Shown here: piece by piece, positions 1 to 11,686 of the stretch | Layout: every line of letters begins with the position of its first letter | Numbering within the stretch: the first letter of the stretch is position 1 | Source: Bugula neritina | Taxonomy: Eukaryota; Animalia; Bryozoa | Direction: 5' to 3' | Length of the DNA: 64,000 nt | Assembly (NCBI GenBank): GCA_964035545.1 | Contig: OZ037767.1 | Span: 14,386,798-14,450,797 of the forward strand | Notes under the pieces: generated by a model | The model's input: the letters and a program-made list of their open reading frames with translations, nothing else | Database searches by the model: none | What the model was told of the DNA's origin: nothing | Made by a program: the position numbers and the translations under genes

Positions 1-25
1 AGCAGAACTCTGATGTGAGTCTATG

Positions 26-197
26 CACATCTCCATATCCTTCTGCACACATCTGCATATTCTTCTGCAAACATCTGCATATCCTTCTGCAAACATCTGC
101 ATATCCTTCTGCACACATCTCCATATCTTTCTGCATACACGTCTGCATATCCTTCGACACACATCTACATATCGTTCTACACACGTCTGCATATCTC
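26..197. repeat. ~22-bp degenerate minisatellite (ACACATCTGCATATCCTTCTGC)
   Basis: About 8 tandem units visible; explains the repetitive ORF 15..221. Confidence 0.9.
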
Positions 198-531
198 CTT
201 GATATAATTAGTCACATCTAATACTCTCCAGTGGTGATAGTCTCATTTCTGGTTATGGCTTTAGGAACAGCTTCAAATGGAAGAAGATATAATAACCACT
301 AATGGATGATGCCATCACTCTTTGAACACTAGTTTCTATGATGTCACCACTCTTTGGACACTAGTTTATATGATGTCATTGCTCTATTACAGCTACTACT
401 TTGCTACTGTCTATTATATCATCAAAGGTCTCTGACAATGCTCTCTATATGTGGCTGTCTATTTTCTTGAGTACAGAGAGATCTACTGCGGTTATCCGAG
501 TTTGTCTAGTATGTCATTGATGGTGACTCAC

Positions 532-559
532 CTTTTATAACGGAGACATCAACAGCCAT
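532..559 (-). CDS. Possible first coding exon (MAVDVSVIK) of a gene running off the left edge
   Basis: ATG at 559, then AAAG|GTGAGT donor at 531; TATAAAAG about 30 nt upstream. No homology recognised. Confidence 0.25.
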
Positions 560-1016
560 CTTTTTGCACTTATTTCTCCAGATCACTTTTATACAGTAGC
601 TGAGGTGAAATCTCTTTTCAAAATGTAATTTGGTTTGTTTCTGTCATGGATTAGCAATTTAACTTTTAAAAGAAAGTTAGAAACAATTAAGCAATGGAGT
701 TAAAGAGAATATTATGGTGTATATAATTTTATAACTTTGTGTATTGTAGAGTCTAATTTTCTGACAAATGAAAAGCTTAGTTTGAATATTGATAACAGCA
801 TAATGTTGAAAAATAAAGCAAAAATACAAATCACCTAAATTGTTTTTGATTTTCATGTAAACACCATAACATTAGCACCAGTTTACTGTAAATAGTTTTA
901 TTCTTCTGTGATTGTCCTCCAAATGGCTGAGTCTAGAAGACCACTTTCTTGAGATTTGGCACAAAGTGGGAGGGTCTAACGTTGTAATACTTTTACTTAG
1001 CATATTCCACTGTTAC

Positions 1017-1481
1017 CTAATCTTTTAGCTGTAGAGTAGCTCTAGTATTGCTGAGATGTGGGGAGAGCTCTATAACATTACATAGCCTACCAATCTCTGA
1101 ATCCATATAGTGTTCTCTTAGGCTAAGCCGGTTATGATCTGACCTCATAGGCTCCCCATTATAGACAACTTCTATTTTCATATTCTGATATCCTTTTGTT
1201 TCTAATTTCTCTTTGATGGTTTCAATCTCACTACTGGTAGGCGTTGAGTTCACAAATATGACAACTTTTTTGTCATCCGTGTTATTTTTTTCGTGAGTTG
1301 TTTTGTCAAGGTCAAGCAGTACGTCTGCTAAGACATTTGCCTCGTTTTTAATTTGTAAGTAAACTTTAGCAGTATAATTTCCTTCTGGAGATTTGATCTC
1401 CACAATCCATGTTTTGATGATGTTTTCGTATATATGCCAAAATGCATTCATTATGAAGTTGACATCTAAAAAACACAACAC
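1017..1481 (-). CDS. Orphan ORF or terminal exon, possible inactive AID/APOBEC-like deaminase fold
   Basis: ORF 1017..1496 with TACAG|G acceptor at 1482-1483 and a candidate upstream exon ending CAG|GTAAGT near 2014. Motif order KTWIVEIK / NEANVL / IFVNSTPT / IEVVY / NRLSLR parallels the deaminase core, but the Zn ligands are missing. Confidence 0.45.
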   Translation of the reverse strand: MLCFLDVNFIMNAFWHIYENIIKTWIVEIKSPEGNYTAKVYLQIKNEANVLADVLLDLDKTTHEKNNTDDKKVVIFVNSTPTSSEIETIKEKLETKGYQNMKIEVVYNGEPMRSDHNRLSLREHYMDSEIGRLCNVIELSPHLSNTRATLQLKD

Positions 1482-3435
1482 CTGTATAAAGCACAATACC
1501 TTTAAGTTGAATTAAAATAAATATTTATTTATATATTTTTCTGAATTAATGATTTTCTTAGTTCTATAAAGTTGTAACTCTTTTCTATCTAAATTGTCAA
1601 GCTTCATTTCACTTCAGACTGTTTTAATATATATTATGTTAAAATTAAGTATAGCATATATTATAGCTGGTTCTGCTTTTCAACGTCTCACAACCTTTGA
1701 CAAACAGTCACCAAATATCAAATTTTGATAAGTTTGATTTATTGAGGCTATAGTCGAACAAAAGAGACAATCTAGAAACTATGAGATTAACTGGCAGTAG
1801 TAGTTCTTAACAGCATTTCCTGGCTGTTTTCTTGATGCCCTTTCACCCTCCCTAAAAGGGTGAAAGTTCCACAGTCTGGACGCATTTTTCGGTAACTTTT
1901 CGTACATTCATTTTTGGTTTTATGTGAGATCATAGAAAGTAGCCATAATAATATTATATATGATAAAATGATAGCTTTATCTACAATATGGAAAAACCTG
2001 ATATGTATACTTACCTGCTGCTTGTCTAGAAATTTGTACACTGGAGTTGGGAACAGCAGAACTGGCAGCCATATTGTAAACGCTTTCTTATAGCAGTTGA
2101 GAAGGGTAAGAAATACACCTCATGCTAGTGAAATACAAGTTATTACAGTGGCTTGCTTCTTTGGGGAATAGCCTTTGTAATTACTTAATTAGTACTGTAG
2201 CACACATTGCAGGCTCAAAAAGCTATTTACTATGCATAGCTTGTTATATAATCAATAATTGAACTGTGTGTTTATTCATTAGGCCAGCAATCCAGCTTTA
2301 TGTATTTATACAATGCATATACACGCTAGTTGCTTTTGTATTATTATATAGCTCCTTTCAATAAAAAAATGCTGTTAGCTTAGCATAGCATTGTATACAT
2401 GTAATCCTACACTTTGTATTATATATCGAATAGATTGTATACGTGTAGTTAGGACACTATATATACTATACTAGACTATATATTTTGTATATAGTATAGT
2501 GTGCTATACACTATACAGTCTATACTATATACAATATCCAATGAAAATCTTATTAAAATATATATTCAATTTTGTCATTGCCAATATGTTGAATTCTTAA
2601 TTTATTTCATATATTTTTACTACTCGTAGCATTTTTGTGTATTATTATATAACTCCATGCCATTATTTTAAATAATTTATAGCAACATATCATTTAATAT
2701 AATATTATAACGTGTTTTTTTTGTTACAAAAGATAATAAAAGCTATGGTATTACAACTGCGTAGGCAGTGTTGGCACATCTCTATAAACCCAATAATACA
2801 ATGCACACCAGCCAGTCCTGATAACATTTTATCAACAATGGTGTAGTCTTTCTACAACTCATCTGGTGAGTGGATATTTCAGCTAATCCTCCAATTTATG
2901 TTTTTACGACCCTCTCCCTGAGTTTGGGGGAGTAAAGAATTTATAGCCTTAGTTTCAAATACTAAAAGGGATCGATTTAAGCAAACATTACTATACGTTT
3001 TTTTATCAAATTTGAGGTTTATTATACATAAATTACAGATATATAATAGCCTTCAGCCCCAGAGATGCTGAGGAAAACATGGTCTAGAAATCTACAGCTA
3101 CACAGGTATTGTATAAACTAATAAGAAATATTTCTAGCAAGCAACACCGTGGTCAAATTATTTGGTTAATTTATTTGTCACTAGGAGAAAGATTGAACAC
3201 TAAAGTATCAACAATATGAATGGGATAGCAAAATTAAGCTGGCAGCATATAAAAAAGATGCATCAGGGTATATCAATATATTTACACAGGACTGTACATT
3301 CAGAGATATATCAAATACATGTACACGTATGGTCAAGGTGAAAGTCCACAGCTAAGGTGACATCACTGTTCCTAGCTATATTGTATACTATATACAGGAG
3401 GAGGCAACTGCTACGAGGTATTCCAGGTGTTGAGT

Positions 3436-6400
3436 TTATTTATCCTCGGGATCACCTCGCTTGTCTCCCCCACGTCCAGGTTTATCTATGATGGGAGAGG
3501 CGGAGAATGACAGCTTCAGAGAGAACGGCATCTTTCCAGCTGAAACAAAATCAGAGGCATGTCACTAACAGGGAACCTCTGCTTACCTAGACAACTAATA
3601 CAACTGTGGCAGGAGTCACTAAGATAGACTAAACCAAGTCATTATACAAACAAGCCTAACATTTCCAACTTGTAGCCACACAGGTACTAGCAGTTACTTG
3701 TAGAGATGCCAGATGACAGGTGCTAGCAGTAGAGACTATGACAGGTGCTAGCAGGTACTTGCAGTGACACTTGACACACTTACTAGGGTTCTTGATGACA
3801 GAGTGGTTAGACTGGACCATCACTTCACTGGCGTCGGCCACAGAGGCGTACTCTATCAGACCAGCTGCACTCCTGGCGCCCGGCTTTATCGGGAAAATGC
3901 GTATCCTCACCGGGTCAGAGGTCGAGTTCCTTTTCAGCACCTCCTTCAGGTCGTCCTCGGAGAAAGAGGGCGGGGCGTTGAAGAAGTGCACAACCTGAGT
4001 GGAGAATAGAACCATGGCTACAGTTTCATTCACAGACTTCAACATGGAATCATTAAACAAGCAGGTTTGGTTTGAGGTGAGAGGACAGGGAGAGTGATTA
4101 AAGAAACCATCACAACTTCCTTGCATGCAATTTCCTTCAGCTTGACCCTTTTAAAAGTGTAAAACTAGCAAGATACCCCAGGTGTGTACCTCAGTAGGTG
4201 TGTACCTGAGTGGGAGGTAAAGTGTACCTGAGTGGGAGTTAAAGTGTACCTTAGTGAGAGGTAAAGTGTACCTGAGTGGGAGGTAAAGTGGACCTTAGTG
4301 AGAGGTAAAGTGTACCTTAGTGGGAGGTAAAGTGTACCTGAGTGGGAAGTAAAGTGTACCTGAGTGGGAGGTAAAGTGTACCTTAGTGGGAGGTAAAGTG
4401 TACCTTAGTGGGAGGAGAGAATCTCGTCTTATTGATGCTGTCGGGACTGAAGAACCTGTTGTTCTTGTCGGTGGTGTACTCCTTAGCCGATGGAGAGCCG
4501 TCAGCCAGTTCGCTGGGGTTCGGGTGGATCTTGACAAAGTCCTGCTTGCTGAAGCCGACACTCAGTTTGCTGTCGAAGAAAAAGCTGTTGTTGAGGTTCA
4601 TGACGGCTCTCTCGCAGGAGGCGTGGTCCTGCATGTTCACCATAGCTCCGCCTTCTTTAGTACGCAGCATCTTGATCTACACACAAGACAAACATAGCAT
4701 AGTCTACATCACAACCACACACAGAGAGAGTTTTATATCATGTGAATAAATACAGTTGAAAATGTAATAAAAAGGGGGAAATTCAAGGAGAAAGACAACT
4801 CTTGTCAACTCAGTGATTTTCAACTATTAAACTCACTGAAGTCTTTTTATCAGTAAGCAAAAGCCACCATTTCTATTGAAGGAATTCTAGAAGAGAGAAG
4901 ACAACTACTACAGTATTGAATAGACTAGAAACCTAATTCGGGCCTACACTGACTAGTAGCCCTTTCACACAGAGAAAGATAAATGCTAGTTAAACCACTC
5001 ATCAGCTGAGCGGCTAGATGATGTAAACAAACTCACGCTGATGACGTTGCCATAGATACAGAAGATGTTGAAGAGCTTGTCACAGTTGAACTTGGAAGGA
5101 GCGAGACCGTAGACTAGGAGCACAGAGCCGGGCATGGGGCCGTTTCCGGGACCACCCATCATGCCCATTGGACCACCCTGCATACCTCCCATGTTACCAC
5201 CGCCTCGTCCTCCACCTCTGCCTCCTGAAACAGCAGACATACAACATGACCGCCAGGTGCCGCAACACACAACTCTATACACAGTGATGGTGTGTGGTAG
5301 ACAAGCTATCCTAATTACACACATTCTGATGAACTCACTATGATCCCAGACAGCAATGAGAGGCTCAACAGGAAGTAACTCACCTTGGAAACCTCCTCTA
5401 TTACCAGAAAATCCTCCACGTCCTGACATGCCACCTCTACCACCACCTCGCCCGAAGCCTCCCTGAAATCACAAATAAAATTCAACTTGACAAATGCCTC
5501 ATGCCCCGGGAGGTCCCCTGATCCTAGGCTAGGGGCGACAACATGACTTGAGGAGATTCTGAGTAACACAGGAGCTATTACAACTTGATGCCCTTCCTGA
5601 TATCACCAATGGCCCTGAATTCGAATCCACATGCGTTATATTCAAAAATTGATAGTAATACTAGACCAGTAAATGAGTCCATAAGTTTCAAACCAGTAAG
5701 GGAAGTATCAAAACATGTACATATTGACATATATAGTTTCTTTAAAAAATTAGAGTACACATAAAAAAACTACAGTTTATATATATATATTTTCAAATGG
5801 GTCCTTTGAACAAAAACAGACACAGGAGATAAAGGCTCTTTTGACAAGACAAGTGACAACACATTATGCACAGCAAGAACTCACATCATTGAAGCTGTTG
5901 TTGCCACCCATGTTGTTCATCCCCATGTCATTGTTTCTGCCACCAAAACCACCGCCGGGCCCATTGAAGGAATTGTCATTTCCGCCAGAGAAACCTGTAG
6001 GAAATGATTTAGTTTTGTTGAGTCTCCCATCTCCATGGAAACCAGTACTAAGCTAAGGAGGGGGAGGGCAATTCCCCACCAGATAGACCGAGTGTAAGAG
6101 TTACGGTGAACTACTAGCTGAATACATACACAGTTGAGGTCTTCACCGGCTAGTGAACAGCAGTGCTACTGTGCAGTATGCTGTAAACCACGCAAGTTTA
6201 TAGCAGCTATTCCTGCGAGAACCCCTGATGGAAAGGGCTTTTTAAAGAGGGCTAAGGACTTATTCATATGTGACACAGAATCAATTATGACTAACATTAC
6301 CAATGACCTTTACTGGGGTTCAAACCCATGAGTTTTCTAAGCCGAACGCTCCAACGGCTAACCCCTAAACTACGGTTTCTCCCTGTACAGAAACAATATT

Positions 6401-9400
6401 TAAGAGAGATGGTGGAAACAGTAAGCAAGTGTATACAGGTTGCAAATGTTACCAGACATTGACCAACACTGAATGAACTAAACAAGTGAGTGACATACAG
6501 TACCTCTTTGGTTGAAGCCCTGATTCTGATCACTAAAAAAGCTGGAGCCTTGAGACTGGTTGCCTCCATCATCCCAACCACTGCTGCCGTTCCCAAAGCC
6601 ACCACCTCGCGGAGGTCCATCACCGAGCAAGGCGCCTCTTCCTCCTGCAACAAAGAGTGAAAATTCGGCTCATCGGTAAACAGGGTGTTTCTGTCACAGA
6701 GCTAACCTTTATGACACATTGACAAGACAGTCATGTGACTTTGGTAGGCAGTTTGGCAAAACTAGTTCAGTTATCAACTAATACGATCTACCTAACACAA
6801 CACACTGTACATACAGACACACACTGATACATAGTTAAAGGTTTTTAAGGGGTCGGATGAGCCACTCCGATTCTGGTCATCATGTAGACATGACGTCATG
6901 TGATACCATACCGTGAGAGAGGTAGCAGAGTAAAGCAAGACAGTGCACTAGGTTGGTAGCCAAACATCTAGTGTTAACTAGTACAGCTGCCGCTGCCCTG
7001 ACATCAGCTTAGAGTCTAGACACAGCAGCTGACTCGGCCGGTCAGACAACTCCTCAACAGTGCAGACTCTCCTGTATAGAGTCAAGATAATAAAACCAAC
7101 TGTTTTCACACATCAGTATATTTTATCAAGAAAACAGATGATGGATTACACTGCGTTTATTTGAAATTGGCACCTTTCCAAAGATTTCATTTTTCCATGA
7201 TTTACGGCAACAAAGATGGCCACTGGTAGGTTTTATCCCCAATATTTTATAAAAATAAGAGTATAGGAGTATAAGATTCAATCCCACGACGAAAATCTTT
7301 GGAAAGATACCAATACACATCAGAGCCACTAAGTGCATAAAAATATCAAAAATCTTGCCAACAAAAAATAATGTGGCCTTATTTAACCCATGACAAAAAG
7401 AAATGAAAAAGAATCTGACATTTATTTATCTGTCATAAATTGTCCTTAGACTTTTGTTTTTAAAATACTGATTGTATTAACAACTTGTTTAGGTTATGAA
7501 CTTTAATGTAAATTAACAAAAATAAAGTTGCTTATAAAACCAATTTATATAATCAGGATTTGTTCTTGAAGTTTTACATAAATGTTCCACTTTCTCTTGC
7601 TGATGTTACTGTTCTTATTCAGATGCAGCTTGTGACAGTTACTATATACAGTGTTTCTGCAGCTATGGTGGTGAATTAGCAATTATACTTTATCACTCTT
7701 ACATGCTGCTGCAAATTGTCAATCACTCTTATATGCTGTCAAAGTGAATGATATTGAGTACCAATACATTATGATGAGTCTTGGCTAATGCCAGATTATC
7801 CTCTCCCTTTCTGTCTTCCAGAATCTTCATACAGATGCAGACTGTTTTACTTTGCTGGCATTTTCTGCTTGCTACTCAAATCCCAATTACATTTTTATCA
7901 GTAGGTTTATCTTGCTACATGCTATCTTGCTTGCAAATGTAATGCAAATGCTTAGCCAGGTGAAAGCTTCGGTCTTTGGTTGATAACTGGATGGGGTGGT
8001 TTTATGAATTCATCATGTATCTTAGAGGGAACCCCTTAAGGATTCTGTCAACTTTCCTATAACTGAGCTCAAACTTGTATATATGCAGATATTGAGATAT
8101 TACAGGATGTTTGTTCATGATCATATTAGAGTAGAGTTTAGATTGTTCTAAAAAGTTCTGCTTGTATGATTAGTATTTTTAATTGTCAGTTGATTATACT
8201 TACTATTATACAATCTGCACCTTCACCAAGATGTACGTACAATATTAATTATGTAGGTTAAAGGCATGCAAAAATCAACTTAAACTGGTCAAAGCAAAGA
8301 GGTATGTATACATAGTTGAACTTATATTACCATTTCTCAGTGTGTTTTAAATGTCGGACACAACATATGTGCTGTCAAGTTACTCAATGGCTAAAATGCC
8401 AACATATAAATAATTTATAGTACATAATTCATTACAGTTGCCTGTACACATTTCAGCCTATGAAACTGGACACCAAGTTTATATACCTGTAAAATAGCGA
8501 TTTTGGTTACACATTCATTATGTTGGTGATAAGGTGATAGCATATGAGAACCGTAAAGGTTGTGATTATGTAGAGTCTGCCAAACCCTGCCACAACCTAC
8601 AGCTTTACATCACTAGGTGCAATCTGCATCACATCATAACACTGCATTTTGATGTTGCAACTGATAGGGTTGACATTTGCCACACACACTACAATATTCT
8701 GTTTACCATCTCATATGAGTAAAACCTGTCTGTCATGTTATACTGTGGCAGGTAGAATGGCGGCCCTGATTATTTTGCTCTTAGCTGTATTTTTTTATGA
8801 TGGCATTCAAAAACCGCTACTCCTACTGCAGTTAGAGAAGTAAACTACTCTAAACAGACGATACAGTATAACACTCACCCTGCATGCCTGCACCGGGATT
8901 AGGGTTTGTATAGTCAAATGTATCCTTATCATTCTTCATTACATTCAACCTGGTCAGGTCAGGCTACAACACAGGATACAGTGGAGTTATCCACTCGCCA
9001 GTTGTGACTCAGTAACATACTTTCTGGCATTATAGATTTAAATCATAACCTCTCTATAGTAAAAAACTCGCTTATTCTAAATTTATGCCAAATATTCATC
9101 TTACAGGAAAGACAACCCCGAAGAAGAAAATTGAGGTTTAACTAAATGAAAATGTTGGCTGCCGCTACAAGTGACTTACCCCTGCCGACTCAATCTTGAG
9201 GGTGCAACAGCCGGAGTACACGTCACACCCGTTCAAAGCTTGCTTAGCCTTGCGAGCCGACTCATAATTGTCAAACTCTACCAGAGCCGTGACGTTCTGC
9301 TTCCTCATGATCATGATACGCAGCACGTCACCGTGAGGGGAGGTTATGGTGTGAATAACATCCTGAAAAATGGAATATTCTAGCATTAGGAACCTAAGGA

Positions 9401-11686
9401 TTTACTCTGGGAAAGGGTCTATTACATTAGAAAAGTGGTGAGGTGGAATACGTACGACGGTGATGGGATACTTGGGGTTCTGCACTACAATGACAAGGAT
9501 GTTGCTCTCCATGTGCTTTGGTCCGTTGCCCATTCCGGAATCAAAGTCGGGCATTCCTCTACGAATACATGAAATATCATGTGAGGGTTTGAAAACAGGA
9601 TACAGTGCTCTCTCCGTATTTCACTGAGCTCTGGTCCTGAAACCTTAATCCGTGACAGAGTAAAACACCAAATTTACTTCACGAATCCATAAATTCCGGC
9701 ACTTTGTCCCTATACACATACATAGACCACAAAACAGGAGTCTAAACCTTTCTTGTGACCTATGGAATTTCATGAGAAATGGATCCATAGGATCTTTGCA
9801 GAGATTTAAAATTTTACAAGAGATTTTCTGCTGTCACTATCTTTTAACTACAGAAACAGGTAACTCGTACCCTGAGTTAAACACAATGATAAAAAACCTA
9901 CTCTGGTCGTTTGATGGAGTCACTGGTGGAGAAGTTGAAGAAAGCTGGATGGCCGCAGACGTAGATGGCGCTAGACTCGGCATACCGCACCACCATCTTG
10001 GCAGCGTCTACCGACTCCATCTCCACCAGAGCCTGTCTGTTTCTCGGGATCATCATGACGTAAGTGACTCGACCAAACTGCTTCACGGCGTCTACAATGT
10101 CGTTCTGTGTGGCGTACTCCTTCAGTCCACGAACATGTAGTACTCGTGAAGGAGGAGCATTGTGTCTCTCTATATCTGGCTGAAATGATTCCAGTGATTA
10201 AAGATTATTATAAATTATGGCTAAAATAAAAATTCCTTGATGACATTTCAGAAAGCTGAATATTCATTATATCAATACTGAAAACAAAACTGTCTCATAA
10301 ACTTATTTTGAAAGTATATATACAATGAAGTAACACATTTTTAATAATACTCGAGTCTTTTTTACACACATCGTGTAAATTTAGGACATTTTTATTGCAA
10401 ATTCTGCAAAAAAAATGTCTATTTTCCTATAAAACTTACGTTTTTCTCATAAGTGCGGACTCCACCGCTACCTCCGCCTCTACCGACACCAGACTGAAAC
10501 CTATCTTCTCGCCTACCATCCCCACGACCACCCCTCGACTATGAAAATGAACAACTCACAATAAACTATGAATCTGCATACAACACAAAGTAACACTAAT
10601 AAACACATAAACAAGACCGGCGAGCTAACTAATGTCAAACTAGGCGAAATATACTCCTGGAACCTGCGCTATAAACTGTTAATATCATTTTTCTGTTTTC
10701 TAGAATTGCTTAGCAATTGCCATTAAACTTGAACTTGTCCCGTATGCTTTGAGTGTAATCTTTGACACACTAAGTCACAGCGACTCTAACCAAAAGCCGT
10801 AGAGTATAAGTATCATTGTAAGACTAAGTGTAACTTAAATTGCAAGTGTATCGCATAAGACAAAGTTTTAGTTTGACTGTAGTTTGTACCAGTACTGTAG
10901 TATAAGCTTCAGTATTAGTATGCCCAAAACACCAACAGGCACTCACACAGTAATGACTAATGAGTAAACACTAGAACTAGATGTTCCTGAAAGTGAATCA
11001 AGAAGAATATCAATGAGTATGACTATCATAAGTCACAAATTATTAAGTATAACATTAACTACAACCTATAAGTATAAGTATAACTATTAAATTCAATACA
11101 ATTAAGTTTAACTTGAAATGCAAGTGTAACTGTAACCTAAACTCAAACTGTTGCTGAAAGTGCAAGTACTACTACTAGAGCCTTAGAGTTAGTCTAATTA
11201 CTAATAGTATTACTGTATTGCTCTTAGTAATTATTGCTGGCAAAAAAAAACTGTAAGCGAGTAGTACTACTACTAGGTCTAGTAGTAGTACTAGTAGTAG
11301 TAGACGAGTACTATTAAAACGCGCACTTTGCTAAGTGTTGGTGTCATCATACCTAAGGCTAATGGTTGAAAGTTTACTTCATTCCAAAATTTTATTTTCA
11401 TGAGTTACTGAATTGACTTAGATTGATTCCTTCCAAATAATACACCTAGTTAAATATTGGAGTTTATGTTTATACCTGTACTTGTAGTGATAATCTTAAT
11501 CATAATGATGAAAACAAAGCTATTACTTTTGAAACATAAAACTCAAGATATACTGTGTTAGAAAGTGATTACTGCAAACAACAGCTTAAAGTTACAATGC
11601 AAAATACATTTCTGTCTTACACTGAAGTCAGAGCGATCATTTCTGAATTTTTTCTGAGGAGGACCGTCATCTCGAAACCGATTCAT
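3436..11686 (-). CDS. HNRNPL: Heterogeneous nuclear ribonucleoprotein L homolog (4 RRMs, RGG-rich linker), 639 aa
   Basis: Exons 11686-11621, 10538-10440, 10179-9902, 9558-9456, 9362-9180, 8963-8879, 6644-6504, 5994-5885, 5462-5384, 5224-5037, 4676-4404, 3994-3784, 3539-3436. All GT-AG, frame-consistent, 1920 nt. Motifs PSRVLHVRGL, QALVEM, LNGCDVYSGCCTLKIE, FDYTNP, NCDKLFNIFCIYGNV, NNRF, VHFFNAP are diagnostic of hnRNP L. Confidence 0.93.
4200..4415 (-). repeat. 22-bp tandem repeat spanning the hnRNP L exon 11 donor (10 AG|GT copies)
   Basis: Unit CCTCCCACT(A/C)AG|GTACACTTTA on the sense strand; GT at 4403, 4381, 4359 and so on down to 4205. Confidence 0.92.
6189..6375 (-). mobile_element. 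tRNA-derived SINE, family 1 (degenerate copy)
   Basis: Aligns with 39904-40109 (CACGCAAGTTTATAG..., GGCTAAGGACTTATTCATAT, TCAAACCCA B-box-like segment). Confidence 0.7.
6912..7071 (-). other. Candidate poison (PTC-containing) cassette exon of hnRNP L
   Basis: Acceptor ttatcttgactctatacAG|G at 7073-7072, donor ACG|GTATGG at 6911. In frame with the phase-1 upstream exon it reads GESALLRSCLTGRVSCCV* with TAG at 7018-7016. Confidence 0.6.

Noticed and set aside
26-197. Repeated ATATCCTT resembling U12 AT-AC donors
   Set aside because: Part of a minisatellite; no matching U12 branch site or exon context found.
3764-6056. Plus-strand ORFs overlapping hnRNP L exons (also those opposite PSMC4 and the zinc-finger gene)
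   Set aside because: Antisense shadows of GC-richer coding exons.
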